A stretch of 64,000 nt of DNA from Vicugna vicugna (taxonomy: Eukaryota): contig MU058065.1 of assembly GCA_013265495.1 (NCBI GenBank), positions 10,457,720 to 10,521,719 on the forward strand, read 5' to 3'. A program made the translations under genes and the position numbers. Numbering within the stretch: the stretch's first letter is position 1; every line of letters starts with the position of its first letter. The notes beneath the pieces were generated by a model. The model made no database searches, was not told the DNA's origin, and saw only the letters and a list, made by a program, of their open reading frames with translations. Shown here one piece after another: positions 38,290 through 52,387 of the stretch.

Positions 38290-39260
38290 AGTTCTATCTG
38301 TATTAATTTGATTTTATTACAAAAATTAATTTCTTACAAATAAAACTTCAGGCCCAAGTTCTCACTGGTGATTTCTATCAGATATTTTAGAAATAAAGAA
38401 GAACAATTTTATACAAGCTTTTTGGGAAAATTTTGGAGGAGTAAATACTTCCTAGTGAGTTTTAGAAGGTCAGTATAATCCCAGCACTAAAACCTGAGAA
38501 ATCATTACAAAAAAGGGGGGGAAAGAAAAAATATTATAGATCAGTTTCCATCATGAATGTAAATACAGGCATCCTTAACAAATAGCAAATGGAATCCAGT
38601 GATATATAAACAGATAATGTATCATGACTGAGTGGGATTCATTGCAAAAATACAAGCTTGCTTTTAGCACTTTTAGAAAAGCAATCAATTTTTCATCAAA
38701 TTCACAGAATAAAGAGAAGAAGCCATATGATTTTTCACCAGTTGCAGAGAAAGCATTTGACAAAATTCAGCCCTCATTCATGAGAAAAGATCATTTACCT
38801 TTGAGTAGAACTTCCTTGATTTCATGTAAGAGATCTGCAAAGACCTACATCCATCTTCATATTTAATAGTAAATATGAGCCACTTTCTCACTAACATTAG
38901 GGTAAAGGCAGGATGTGTACTTTCACCATTTCTAGTAAGCATGGTATTGTGTGTTTTAGCCATTAAAATAAGGCATGAAAAGGAAAAAAAGCATACTAAT
39001 AGAAGAGGGGAGAATTAAACTTTTTGCAGACATCATAATTGTTTATGTAGATAACCTTAAGAAATCTGCCAAATGAAATAAGTGAATTTAGCAAGTTTTC
39101 AGAATACAACATCAATAAAACAGAATCAACTTTATTTTTATATATCAGCAGCAAATAATTGGAATATTAAATTGATAAAATCCACTTGTAATAGCATCAA
39201 AACAAAATAAAAAGGAACAAATTAACTGAAAGATACGCAAGACTTCAAAACTGAATACAA
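38290..39260 (+). mobile_element. Degraded L1 ORF2 reverse-transcriptase region
   Basis: AEKAFDKIQ motif in ORF 38624..38866 and 'tttgcagacatcataattgtttatgtagataacct' (degenerate FADD box). Many stops and frameshifts. Confidence 0.9.
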
Positions 39261-40547
39261 TATGTGAGCTACTTTCTAACCAACAGTGTTATAGTTAATG
39301 CAGATGCTAAAATGTGACATTAATGAATTCATCTCTAGTTGTATTCCAGTGATATCCAGAGCCAGATTTTTCCTGTGTCATATGCTATAATTAAGAGCAG
39401 AATTTATTTATTGAAAGACATACTACATTTTAAGCTAAATTTATTTAAATTTAGTGAAACATCCAAATCCATATATAAAATCTTAGGATTATTCTATCAT
39501 TTTAGCAGTCTTTCAGTCACAGTGGTTTGATACTTTGTCATTACTGAAAACCTTTGAAAGTGCTAATGTGGAAGGATTGGAGAAACTTCAAAGGTTATGA
39601 TATTCACAACTGTTAATTACCAACACAGTGCAGCATGGAGGACTGATTGGTCTCCTTGAGATAGTTGTTAATAGAATTTTCAAAATAAAATTATTAAATT
39701 TTCAAGAAATATAAAATTCAACTAAAAATACATCCATGACAATAATTCTGTTTTTCTGCTTTCTTTGAAAACAAGTGATTTTAATTTGCATTTTCACTAT
39801 TGACACTCTAAGGTAGCAACTGGAAATAAATACTAGTTTGAGGTATATGTGGAAGAAAGACAGTATTGTTTTGACATGTTTATTATAGCATGAAATAGCA
39901 GTAAAACAATACTGCAGATGTTTGCATTTAAGACTCTACAACAGAGGCAGGCATAATTTGATGATAATTTAATGTAGTGATTAGATGAAACTAAGTATAT
40001 TAAATGCAAAAAATGTGTAACACTAGTAAATAAAAGTATGGCTATTTAAACCAAATTACTGCACATATGCAATATTGGTATGTATTCAGGAGTCTCATTA
40101 GGATGAACATGTATTAATACCAAATTTAATACAATTTTTTGGATAACAGAGGCTATGTGATTTTTCACCTGTATAGTCCTCTCAGCACCAAGCAGTGTTC
40201 TAATTGTATTATTGACAACAAAAACATGGCCATGGATTGAACTATAAAAATACAATTTATCATGCCAAAGGATTCACAAGATATATAGGAGAAATGGAAG
40301 GTTTTAAAACTAAATGCATCATGTTCTACTTTGAAATTTTTTTTTTGTAGAAAAAGATGAGATATTTATGGCAGTAACCTATGCCCTGTCCATTTAGTCC
40401 CTTGTCTATTAAAATATCTAGCCTTGATTAAATGTGTCATATGTTAGCTGAAAAAGGAAAGTTTTTTCTCTAGAAGCAGGGTGAAGATAGAGCAAGATCT
40501 CAGAAAACTTCACTTAATAGGGAAAGCTATTAAAACAACCTAACCAG

Positions 40548-40830
40548 GTTTCCAGTTTCTGTTAAGGATATAATAAGCTGGAAAGAACATCACACCCACC
40601 CTCTCAACAGCAGCAAATAGGACAATCTACACATCCACAAGCTTTCCTGAATCCACTAGAGATGGAGGTAAAAGACCAACTAACCTGAAATCAGGAAGAA
40701 ATAGACATGGACACTTGTTTACCTGGGACAGATGCAGCCAGACATCTGCAAGAAGGATTCAGCGAATATTGTTAACAAATTGGAAAAGGCTTGAGAGAGA
40801 ATAGGAGTCCTCAGGATCACAGACATGTGT
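40548..40830 (+). mobile_element. Old L1 5' end (same type as 22785-23680)
   Basis: 'acacttgtttacctgggacagatgcagcc' aligns with 'agcatttacttatctggaacagaagcc' at about 22985. Confidence 0.5.
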
Positions 40831-41387
40831 AGAGTTGAAATAGGCCATGGTGGGAATATCTATACCAAGAAAACTGACAAATGCTACAAATTAGAGCTTC
40901 ATTTGTTATGTTTATTGCTTCAGCTTAAGAAAATTATGGGTAAAATGTTAACAATTCAGATTAAACTTTAAACTATATTGGCCAGTAGCTATTACTTCGT
41001 GAGTAGCATAAAAAGTTTAATGACTACATTTTCAGTATTTTTAAAACACATAGTTGTTTCAATATTATGGAACATAAACCACATAGTAATGTTTCACTTT
41101 TGACTTTTTGGTGTAAACAAAAACATCAACATTCACGTAGGAAGCACTTACTCATGGATTGTCGCCAAGTTTTCATACAGATAGAAAAAAAAATAGTAAA
41201 AATGAAAACAGGCATTCTGTGAGTTCAACTGACTGTGGAAATTGCAATGAAGTATATCATATATTCATTACAATTTGTGCTGTATATATACTCTTTATGT
41301 TAGGAAAATGTATAATGAAGTTTTATATACACGTGTACATTTATTTTGGGGAGGAGAGGTAGTTATTAATTTCTGAGTATAGCACTG
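40830..41387 (+). mobile_element. MER63 (hAT-Blackjack) long variant
   Basis: 'gggaatatctataccaagaaaactgacaaatgctacaaattagagctt' resembles the MER63 core. 3' end 'gagaggtagttattaatttctgagtatagcactg'. Confidence 0.7.
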
Positions 41388-41489
41388 GATGTATAGCATA
41401 ATTTACCCATCCATTCTATTGTCTGTGAAATTTGGGTTATTATACTTATTTTTCTATTTTCCAAATCACAGAAATATTTCAGTGCTCCT

Positions 41490-41635
41490 GTTTTCAAGAT
41501 TTTCTGAAAGGTCAAGATAGTAAATATTTTCAGCTTTGCCTGACTTAGGGTGTCTGTCACTACTATTCATTCTTGTCATTGTAGTGAGAAAGAGGCATGG
41601 ACAATAATAGATGAATGAGTGCCTATTTGGCCCAT
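41490..41635 (+). mobile_element. MER58A fragment
   Basis: 'ttttctgaaaggtcaagatagtaaatattttcagctttgc...cattgtagtgagaaag'. Confidence 0.8.
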
Positions 41636-41697
41636 GAGACTCAATGTAACAGCTCTTGCTCTTGGGCAATACATATAGGATATAATTGTTGGGTATA

Positions 41698-42108
41698 TGT
41701 ATTAGTTTTCTGAGGCTGCTGTAACAAAGTACCATAAACTGGCTGGCTGAAACAGTTTAAATTTTTTGTATCACAGTTCTTGAGAGAGGTTAGAAATTCA
41801 GTATAAGGTGTAGATAGCATTTTTTTCCTTCTGAGGGCTCTGAGGGAAACAGAAGTTCTAGACCTGTTTCCTTGGCTTGTAGATGGGTTTTTATTGTTTC
41901 TCTTTACATTGTCTTCTATCTGTATCCGAGTCTAAATTTCCCCTTCTTATGAGAGTACCAGCCATATTGGATTAGGGGATATCCTAGTGACCTTATTGTA
42001 ACTTAATTACCTCTGTAAAGACCCCATCTCTAAATTAGATTGTATTCTGAGGTAATTGGGTCTAGGATTTCAACATATGAATTTTGGGGACACATTCAGT
42101 TTATAATA
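41698..42108 (-). mobile_element. MLT1B MaLR solo LTR
   Basis: 'tgtattagttttctgaggctgctgtaacaaagtaccataaactgg...taacttaattacctctgtaaagaccc...ggacacattcag'. Confidence 0.9.
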
Positions 42109-44769
42109 TTAAAATGTTTAAACTTACAAGAAAACTAAAAATTATTTACCAAAATTGCAATCAGTATTTATACTCCTACCATAATTTTATAATTCCTCAC
42201 CAATACTGAATACGTTCTCATTTCTTAAGTGTTTTCCTAGCCACTAGATATAAATGGTAACTTACTGTAAGTTTTAATTTGTGTTTCTCCAATCAATAAA
42301 GAAAATGAATATGTATAATATGTTAAAGGATATTTAGTTGCTTTTTTTCTTTTCTGAAGTTCCTGCTATTGAGTTGGGTGGACGTTTTGTTAAGTGTTAA
42401 AAAAAAAAAAAGAACCATGTGCATACTTGTTATGTTATCCTTACCTCTTTTATCCACTGTGAAATTGAAATTTTTATTTTGCTTTTTAATTTTGTGGTGA
42501 TTTCTTTCTGATTCCTAATAATAAAAGTAAAACAAAAAACATTTTTAGTAAGTATTAAACAAGAAATATTCTGTTCTACAAAGACATTGTATTTGCTCAT
42601 TTTTATTTCTATAATGGTATAGGACATCAGAAACATTTTCCTTTTTGAATTCTACAATGACTTTCAATTCCTAGGTTTTTCTTAAAACAGTTTACATATT
42701 TTAATTTCAAACTATTATTGGATTTTCCTACACATATTTCAAATTTTATATTTAATCATTCTGATTATATTTATCATATTATATCACATATTATCCAATA
42801 AAATTAATCACATTATATGTTCAGTTGCTTTCATGAATGTACTGTAGCTGCACAACTAGTTTGTGAAAACCACCTATGCTTATTATATTACCTATATTGA
42901 AGTATTTGTTAAAAATTACTACTATGTGTTTTGTTTTATTTTTAAGTAAGAATATGGGCCCAACAGCTAGGCATAAGCTTTCCAGAAAGTTTATTCAGTG
43001 TCCAAATTATTACTATCTAACCAAAGGTAGTGTTGGGATTAAATAAATTAAGATATTAAAAAAAATTACTTAGTTTCCTAACAGATAGTAAACATCAGAA
43101 CCATCTGTTATTATTTATTGTTAGTATATTTTCATTATTAATTGCATTTGCTTTCTTTAAATAGAAATCAGTGCTTGTTAAGTTTCTGAGTCCTTCAATA
43201 TCCTCTTTTTATTAAGTTTGCCAGGTAAATATCTTGGTTGATTATAGGATTTTTTAATTACTACAAAGTTTGTTTTTCTGTATTGTGTATGTTATTCCAG
43301 GAGTATACTAGAGTAACTGAAAAGCACAATGCTTGCTTAATCCTTTTTTCTTCAGACTGTGTTTTATCTGTACCATATTCTAATTTTAAGTTTGATTTGT
43401 CTTCTTTTGTTTCTTTAAATAGTTGTTATTCCTTTATATATCAGTTTATTTGCTTGATGTTTTAGGCTTTTTTTTTTTTTTTATTTACTTGTTTGATCCA
43501 ATCCCCTCACCTTCACAGCTTTTGAGGTATCTCAAGGTACTTACAAATTTGCAGGATGTGGAAATAGGATGTTTATGTTTTATTCAGATTGGCTGAGGAT
43601 AATGTGTCCAGTGCCAAGAAAGGCTAAGGAATCCTCCCTGATCTTAGTTCTCTCTAAAACCTTTCAAGGAAGAGGTACTCTTCTCACAGTCACTAAGATG
43701 GGCCACCATTCAGGTCATCTTTATAATCCTAACCAAAGATCATCTACCATGGGGGGAAGACAGGGTCTTTATCAAAGCCTCAGAAGGTTTTGTATTTTGA
43801 AATTTAATGGTTTGAATTGTTGCTATAAAATGTTTTTCTTCTTATGATTCTGATCTATTTATCTGAAGCATTTCAGACAACGAATACTAATTTGTACTTA
43901 ATTGCTATTGACTTACAGAGGAAGAAAAATGATTCAAATGTTAGATACTTCTTAGAATGCAGGTTAACCCAAGGCAGTGGACATATGTTTATGAGAAACA
44001 TTCTGTGAAAGACAAAATGTTATAAACCTTCATCTTAACAAGACTATAATTAGTAATTAGCAACCTTGCTTTATGAATATTTTTGCTTCACTTTATGAAT
44101 AATGATTTTCTATTGTAGTATAACTTATTTATAAATATTTATAATAGTTTATAATATGGAATTTGCTGAGAGTGAGAAGTAATGCTGTTGAGCATAGTGG
44201 TCATTTGTGAATGAAAATAATATTGATTGCTTTCACTTTGAAGAGATTAACATAATGGATATAAAGCAAAAACATTGTAAAAACCAGTAGTTCAGCCAGT
44301 CCCATAGGTTGTCTCTCACAGAAGCCTCAAAGTATATTTATTTGTTTGATTTTGTGAAACAGTGGTTACCTTATTGGCTACTGATACCAAGAATTAAGAG
44401 CTATAGCAGATACATTTAAATTCTGACTCCTGAATGGGAGGAATAGATTTAAATTCTGCTGTGAAAACAGCTGGCCTACAACTTATTTATCACCTTTATT
44501 GATGCATTTACTTCCTTGACTTGGGGGACACTTCACCCAAGACAGGTGACTCAGTTTAACCTCCTTGTCAGCTGAACCTATGGCTAATTTATGGGTAACT
44601 TAACAATGATTATTTTTCATGAGGAAGGCATCTTATCTATTGAATCTCAGCAGAACAATATCCAACTAAGTATTTCTAGAACCAGAAAAACCCTCTGAAT
44701 CTGAAAGTAATGACTTTCTGAAGAATGCTGCAGAAGCTATGGTAAAGAGTTTAGCCAAACAACAAAATT

Positions 44770-45300
44770 TGAGGGCACAGTCTATATACAAGACTTCCCT
44801 CACTTTGACAATTTTGGGGGTTCTTTGAACCACCCTCAGGTTCAATAATTTGTTAGATGGACTCACATAATTCACTGAAAGTTGTTATAATACTCATAGT
44901 TTCAGTTTATTATAAGAAGATAAGCATTAAAATTAGCCAAAAAAAAAAAGAAATATGGAGCAGAGTTCAGGAGGAGTCTAAACATGGAGCTTAGCTTCCA
45001 ATTGTCTTCTCCTCATGAATCATGGACAGCATTAACTCTTCTTAGTCGCAATGTGTGACGACAGTATACCTGGAGTGTTGCCACCCAGGGAAGCTCACTT
45101 AAGCCTTTGACGTCCAGAGGTTTTTATTGGGACTCAACACATATCCCCAGGTGGCTGACATTTAGTCTCCAGCCCCACCTGGAAGACAACCTAATACTGT
45201 TAGTCTCTAATTTCTCCAAGAGATCAAAAATGGTACCAATGATCCAAAGCTTTCATCTTAAATCTTATAGACTATTCAGTAGCTAAATCTCCAGGCAAAC
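44770..45300 (-). mobile_element. MER21-like LTR
   Basis: 'accaccctcaggttcaataatttgttagatggactcaca' and 'ccagggaagctcacttaagcctttgacgtccagagg'. Confidence 0.8.
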
Positions 45301-45669
45301 ATGAAATCTCATGACTAATACTTTGAAACTTAAAGATAAAGTTATCTCCTGTCTCTTGTCCTGTGCTTCAACAAAATTAAAGTTAGCTGTGTGGTTTATG
45401 GACTGGGATGTTAGCTACCAAGGGAGACAGACATTGCTTCTGAGTCGGGGGAGCATTTGAGCAGCAGATGTGATTTAGTTAAGGAAAAGTCAGTAACTTG
45501 TCCTTTTGTTTAGATGGCAGTAATATAGTAAATTCCCAATAGTTTTGGGCAACCATGTTCTTTCCATCATGTTCCAATTTGTGGTTCCAGAAGTACTCAT
45601 GATTTAGTGTGATATTTGCAAGAGTTATACGTGGCAAATAAGAAATACTCTGTAATAATAAAAAAGATT

Positions 45670-47011
45670 TTTGATATATATATATTATATATATAAGTAT
45701 AATCAGCTTACAGTGTTGTGTCAATTTGTGGTGTACAGCATAATGCTTCAGTCATATACATGAACACTCATATATTTGTTTTCATATTCTTTTTCACCAT
45801 AAGTTACTACAAGATATTGAATATAGTTCCCTGTGCTATACAGTATTAGCTTGTTGTTTATCTATTTTATATTTATATTAGTTAGTATCTGCAAATCTCA
45901 AACTCCCAATTTATCCCTTCCCACTTCCTTTCCCCCCGGTACCTGTAAGTTTGTTTTCTATGTCTGTGAGTCTGTTTCTATTTTGTAAGTAAGTTCATTT
46001 GTCTCCTATTTTTTTAAGATTTCACACGTAAGTGGTATCATATAGTATTTTTCTTAGTCTTTCTGGCTTACTTCACTTAGAATGATAATCTCTGGGTCCA
46101 TCCATGTTGCTGCAAATGGCATTATTTTATTGTTTTTTTATGGCTGAGTAGTAGTCCATTGTATAAATATACCACAGCTTCTTTTCCAGTCATCTGTCAG
46201 TGGACATTTAGGTTGTTTCCCTGCCTTGGGTTTTATAAATAGTGCTGCTATGAACATTGGGGTGCATGTGTTTTTTGAATTAAGGTTCTCTCTGAATATA
46301 TGCCCAAGAGTGGGATTGCTGGATCATATGGTAAAGTCTATTTTTAGTCTTTTGAGTAATCTCCGAACTGTTTTCCATAATGGCTGCACCAAACTACATT
46401 TCCACCAGGAGTGTTAGGAGGGTTCCCTTTTCTCCACACCTTCTCCAGCATTTGTCATTTGTGGACTTTTGAATGATGGCCATTCTGACTGGTGTGAGGT
46501 GATACTTCATTGTAGTTTTGATTTGCATTTCTCTGATAATTAGCGATACTGAGCATTTTTTCATGTGCTTATTGGCTATTTGTGTGTCTTTATTGGAGAA
46601 TTACTTGTTTAAGTCTTTGCCCATTTTTGGATTGGGTGGTTTGTCTTTTTATTATTAAGTTGTATGAACTGTTTATATATTTTGGTAATTAAGCCCTTGT
46701 CAGTCTCATCTTTTGCAAATACACTCTCCCATTCTGTAGGTTGTCTTTTTGTTTTGCTTTTGGTTTCCTTTGCTGTGCAAAAGCTTATATATTTTATTAG
46801 GTCCCATTTGTTAATTTTTGCTTTTATTTCTATTGTCTGGGTAGACTGCCCTGGGCAAACATTGCGAAGATTTATGTCAGATAATATTTTGCTTATGTTT
46901 TCTTCTAAGAGGTTTATAGTATCTTGTTTTATGTTTGTCTTTAAGCCATTTTGAGTTTATTTTTGTGAGGGAGTATTCTAACTTCATTGATTTACATACA
47001 GCTGTACAGCT
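45670..47011 (-). mobile_element. About 1.35-kb 5'-truncated cetartiodactyl/camelid-type L1
   Basis: 3' UTR 'gtgttgtgtcaatttgtggtgtacagcataatg' followed by continuous antisense ORF2 ('ggccattctgactggtgtgaggtgatac', 'tttgctgtgcaaaagct'). Confidence 0.93.
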
Positions 47012-47419
47012 AAAAATATATTTTTAAAATAAGATAATAGCAGATATTTTGTTGAACAGTTTGTTACATTTATTTGTAACCTGGAAATAATTATCATAGA
47101 GTAATTTGGCCTCCATTTTTACTTTTGCTCCAAGTCCCTCAAATGTTAGAGACCAGGTTATTCCTAATTATGTACACTGAAGAAACATTTGCACATATAA
47201 ATATAGACCTGTGGTAGAGGCAAGTCAAAAATCCAGGAAATAATCCAAGTTTTCATTAAGAGTTTAATGGGTTAAAAAAAATTTGGTACGTTCTTAACAA
47301 TTACATCACTGAAAATGACTCTCTGAGTTCATTGATGAATTTATTAAAGTTTCACCAGAAGGGCTCAAAAACAGAAACAAAAATATCAGGCCAAGTGGAA
47401 ACTATGGTATGCCTTCACT

Positions 47420-47579
47420 CAAGGCCTTCTGCCTGGATGTGTGACCTGTGTAGACTCACAAGGCTCCACTCTTGGTTTAAGGTTCTGCTGTCACCATCTT
47501 AGAATTCTCAGTGAGTTCTGAATAAAGATCCACACAATTTTTATTTTCACTGAGCCTTATAAATTACATACCTGTCCTA
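47420..47579 (+). mobile_element. MER45A hAT-Tip100 MITE
   Basis: 'gtgtgacctgtg...cttggtttaaggttctgctgtcaccatcttagaattct...ttttcactgagccttataaatta'. Confidence 0.85.
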
Positions 47580-47599
47580 GTTTCACTTATGTTATATTT

Positions 47600-48680
47600 T
47601 AAAGACAAGCATTGTATTATTTAGAAAAACAGGCAAATATAGGAAATCTATACAGAAAATGAGGTAATGATTAAGATGCAATTGTCGTATGATTCATGTC
47701 ATGTCTTATGATTGTCTTAGGATTGTCAGTGATTCAGGAGAGTGTTTATACCATGAGGGATGGACAAGGATGCAAGCAGAACGGGGTACATAATAAGTTC
47801 AAAATTATTGATAATATTCTGTTTCTCTAAGTACAAAGATTTGTTTTTGTTATTATACATGTGCCTATGTATACACATTTACGATATTTCACAGGAAACA
47901 ATAAAAACTAAAAACTACAAACATAAATAATACATGTGATTACAGAAATAGTAAAATGCAAGGCAAAATAGAAAAGACAAGTTCAGAAAATATAATTACA
48001 AGACACATACAAAAAGGGATTACATATATTACTGTATGATTAAATTTTATATAAGAAAAAAGGCCTTCTAAATTAAATAAAGGGGTGGGATAGGCAGATC
48101 ATTTCAAGAGGGGAACTGTACTTGGATAAGACACAGACATTCATCATCATGAAAAAAATCAGTGATACAAATTTAAATAACAGGATTCCATTTTTTGCAC
48201 TATGTAATGTAACATTTCACATTAAATAAATACCTGATATGTGTAAAGGTGCAAGAAATATGATCTCAGTTTAAATTAGCACAATCTTTTTAAAGGCCAA
48301 TGTAGCAATATGTGTCAAAACTCTTAAAATGTGATCATGTCTAGAAATGTTTTCAAAAAATAATCACATACGTGTGTAAACCTTTTTATTAAATGAAACT
48401 TCTCATTTCTTTAAAATTATAAAAATGAACATCATTGTGTAAGAATAGGATACAAGCTAAATAAATTGATTAAATAATATTTGTATGAGATAATAAGGAG
48501 CTAGTAAAATTTCATTATAGAGACAAATGATAAATTGAGAATTAACGCATAAAATTGCCAATGGCTGATTTCTTTGAAAAAAAGCTAGATGGAGATATTA
48601 TTTGGTTTTCAGTTCATTCATATAATTTTAAAATTTTCAACAATAGGCAGATATTGTTCTTATAAAATATATGTTTTCCA
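47600..48680 (+). mobile_element. Old L1MC/L1ME 3' fragments
   Basis: 'attattgataatattctgtttctctaag' and 'aaattagcacaatctttttaaaggccaatgtagcaata'. Confidence 0.55.
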
Positions 48681-51043
48681 AAGAATATATTGTGGTGCTG
48701 TGAATTCTTCTTACCTTTTTTCCCTGCAAGTTTTACTTTTTTTTTTGTGCTTAACAAAGTAAGTATTTCAGAGACTTTTTCAGTGACTTTCAGATGTTTT
48801 CAGTATTCTCATTTCGTAAGTTTCCAGAGTCCCATGTACATTGAAGGGTTTCTTCTTCTGACTTGTCAAATGAACATCCTGTTTGCAATACTGCAGAACA
48901 CTGATAAGAAAACATCCAACGCAGCTGTCCATCCTATACAACTCAGCCAACATAAAATCCAAATGACTGGAAAATATACAGAATCATTAGCTTACTTAAT
49001 CATTACATTCTTTAACATTATTCTCTTTTCAAAATTATATTTAATTTGGCATCGTTCTTCCTGGTAGATGATTCTATTAACCATGTGTGAAGAGAAGAAA
49101 AACAATTATTTTTTATTTGTCAGTTAGAGGGAAAAATAAAAGCAATGTTGTTAAGCCAATTAAACATGACCCTGTTTCTTCTCTGAAATTATATAGGGAG
49201 TGAAGGTTACTAGATTTGCAGAATCCAGATATGTATGTCTTAGTTGATGGCAGTGTATATTGGCAATGTATAGATTTGGAATTCTGAAGAGCTATTTATG
49301 AGTGTTAGCATCTAGAAAACAAATTGAGTTCTCATATAGTTCCCTCTATCTCTTTCTTTTTCTTTCTCTCTCCAATAGAATTAGGATCTGCAGAATCCTT
49401 TGTTTACATCTTAGGATAGATAGGTAGGTAGATAGATGGATATTCATGTATAGAATATTTTACTCACATATGTCATGTATATATATAATTTATACATATT
49501 TAATTAAATCTCTTATTTAAAGATATTTACCCATACATTGTATCTTTATATTGTTTTGTTGATCCATGTCTACACCGTGGAATTTCAGTAAACTATCTGC
49601 AAATAAGTATTATCACATTATTTCAAAAAACATATTTAAAGTATTGTTCTTTAACAATTGAAATGGAAAAATATTGCAGTAGAAATTTGACTATATTCAC
49701 AATTGTAAAACTCCATTCCATAAATTCATATATTTTTTATTTTTCACGTGTATTGAACCCTACTCTTAGAAAAGAGCATGCAGTTAACTTCTCATGAACC
49801 CTGACCCAGGAGTCCTTTTCTAGAGACTGGCAGTATTCAGAAGTTGACATTCTATAAGGCAGTAATCAGTGCAGCACCAGGTTTTGTATTCCCTTAGTAA
49901 GTATATAGCCTTTAAACAAACTGACAGTTTGGCTAAGAGACCTGAACGTTTGATTCACTATTAGCTGTGTTTTAGTCAGTGGGAGCTTGTTAGGAAAAAA
50001 ACTGCCACCATTTAAAAGCAATCTGTTTTCACTCTTAATAACCTTTAATGAGGCTTGTGCACCTGAAGCATTTTAGTTTCCTCATATTCCATTTGGGTTC
50101 TCTTTGTTTTACTGACTTTTTTTTTAATATATCAGCTATATTCATCTAATGAATCTATACATTTTTATACATAACTAATTGATCTTGAATTAAATCTGTA
50201 TTTGGCAATGATATATTAGATTTTCCATAGGAATACTAAGTAAGCAGAACCGTGTTCAAGAATTTAGAGCAAGGTTTTAAAAATTGGGGGGTTAAAATAT
50301 GGCAGTTAATATATGCATTTTTTTAATTTTTAAAATTTTATTTATTAAGAGTGTTGTTACACATTTTTAAACAAAGTTAACTAATGTGATAAATTCCTAA
50401 CAATTGGACCCATTTTTCTTCAGGCTAGAACACTACTAAAGATAGCATCAGTGTGCTAGTAAATGTCATTCCCAGGCTAGAATTTATTATTGATTTTGTC
50501 CAGTCTTTTGGCATTAAGGTGAGTATAATTTTCATCCTTTAATCTGTGATGTTTAGGCTAGGATTATTTTGTTTAATGGACTCTGAAAATGCTTACCACA
50601 TTCATCTCTTTTAGATTTGTTAATAAATGTTGGTGGTGATGTACACAAAATAGAAAATATGTTGAAGTTAAGATATTTCTATATATATAATCCATATATT
50701 GATGTGATTGTTTTGTTCACCTTTTGGAATGTTAATTAATCTTGGTGTTAAAAATAAGTTGTACCTTTACCTGAGCACCCTATACAGAACCTTTCTAAAT
50801 AAGAGTTTTTTAAATGAGGCAGCATGTTCATGAGCATATCTTGTACATCAGAATACACATAGCATGCTATTTAGCTCTAGTTCATTGTACCCAAAGGGAA
50901 TCTGTCAAAGCTAAACAACTTAAACAGAAATAAATCAATTTGGAAGAAGCCAATTATAAGACATGAGTTAATTTATTTAAGGTACTTTCCTCCCCTCATC
51001 TATCTAGTATGCAGATACTAGATTTCTAAATATGCTGCACACG

Positions 51044-51178
51044 TAGGCTGACCATGTGTCAGAGTTTGCTTGGGACAGTCCTGGATTGAGCTTTTTGTCT
51101 CTGTTTAATTATTCATTGTGTTTCCTTTTACTCTCAAGCATTTTCCTGTTTGAATGATAAAATTATGTGGTCACCCTA
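51044..51178 (-). mobile_element. MER94 hAT-Blackjack MITE
   Basis: TIRs 'taggctgacca' / 'tggtcacccta', internal 'tttgcttgggacagtcctgg'. Confidence 0.85.
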
Positions 51179-51585
51179 GCTACATGCAGTAGGGACTGGC
51201 AGAAATGAAGTACTGGCCAAAATGTAGCAGAGGGACTAGAAAGCATAAGGATAAGGGACATGTCTAGGAACAGAGCAGATATGTGTTCCCACAACTCCCA
51301 CTAGGTCATTATATCCTGAAGTGTTATACATCAGTACAGGGATGCTACCTGGAACAAAATTCCTGTGTGGAATAAAACTGGCTAATGTGTCATACCAAAT
51401 TAACCTTTGGAAAAAAGGTTGAATCACAATGTGTATTATCATAGTGAATTCTCAGAAAATAGCTTGAAAAAATGAAAAGTAAATCAATTAAATAATTCAG
51501 ATTTCTTTACCAGCATTCCTTGAATGTTTATGACCATCAACTATTTTATGTAATATCTATTAAAATTTAAAAAAAATCTACAAAT

Positions 51586-51723
51586 ATGGTTATCATATAC
51601 TTTATTATCCAAACCTAGAAACTCCTGAAAGTGAGAGGGGACTGTATCATTATTAATAACTAGACTCTGTGAAGTCTGTAAATGGGCATTGTCCTGGATG
51701 AGCCAAATAGTTTGGGGTAATCT
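51586..51723 (+). mobile_element. MER94 MITE, second and more degraded copy
   Basis: 'tttattatccaaacctagaaactcctgaaagtgagagggg...attaataac...gggcattgtcctgg' is the reverse-complement homolog of 51044-51178. Confidence 0.7.
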
Positions 51724-51775
51724 GGAATTAAGATCATCCTAAACATTGTCGACATAAATCACAGACCATTGAATC

Positions 51776-52387
51776 TTTTTTTTTAACATTTTTTATTGAT
51801 TTATGATCATTTTACAATGTTGTGTCAAATTCCAGTGTTCAGCACAATTTCTCAGTCATTCATGGACATATACACACTCATTGTCACATTTTTTTCCCTG
51901 TGAGTTATCATAACATTTTGTGTATATTTCCCTGTGCTATACAGTGTAATCTTGTTTATCTATTCTACAATTTTGAAATCCCAGTCTATCCCTTCCCACC
52001 CTCCACCCCCCTGGTAACCACAAGTCTGTATTCTCTGTCTGTGAGTCTATTTCTGTCCTGTATTTATGCTTTGTTTTTGTTTGCTTGTTTGTTTTTGTTT
52101 TTGTTTTTTAGATTCCACATATGAGCGATCTCATATGGTATTTTTCTTTCTCTTTCTGGCTTACTTCACTTAGAATGACATTCTCCAGGAGCATCCATGT
52201 TGCTGCAAATGGCATTATGTTGTCAGTTTTTATGGCTGAGTAGTATTCCATTGTATAAATATACCACATCTTCTTTATCCAGTCACCTGTTGATGGACAT
52301 TTAGGCTGTTTCCATGTTTTGGCTATTGTAAATAGTGCTGCTATGAACATTGGGGTGCAGGTGTCATCCTGAAGTAGATTTCCTTCT
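51776..52387 (-). mobile_element. Young 5'-truncated L1 (camelid-type 3' UTR) with uninterrupted ORF2 C-terminus
   Basis: Poly-T start. ORF 52108..52443 contains DTCTPMFIAALFTIAKTWKQPKCPS...WIKKMWYIYTMEYYSAIK...ILSEVSQKEKEKYHMRSLICGI without stops. Confidence 0.96.

Noticed and set aside
45480..47160. hAT-Tip100 (Arthur1/MER69-like) element split by the L1 at 45670-47011
   Set aside because: Only the 3' terminus ('ccaagtccctcaaatgttagagaccagg') looked familiar, too little to list without a search.
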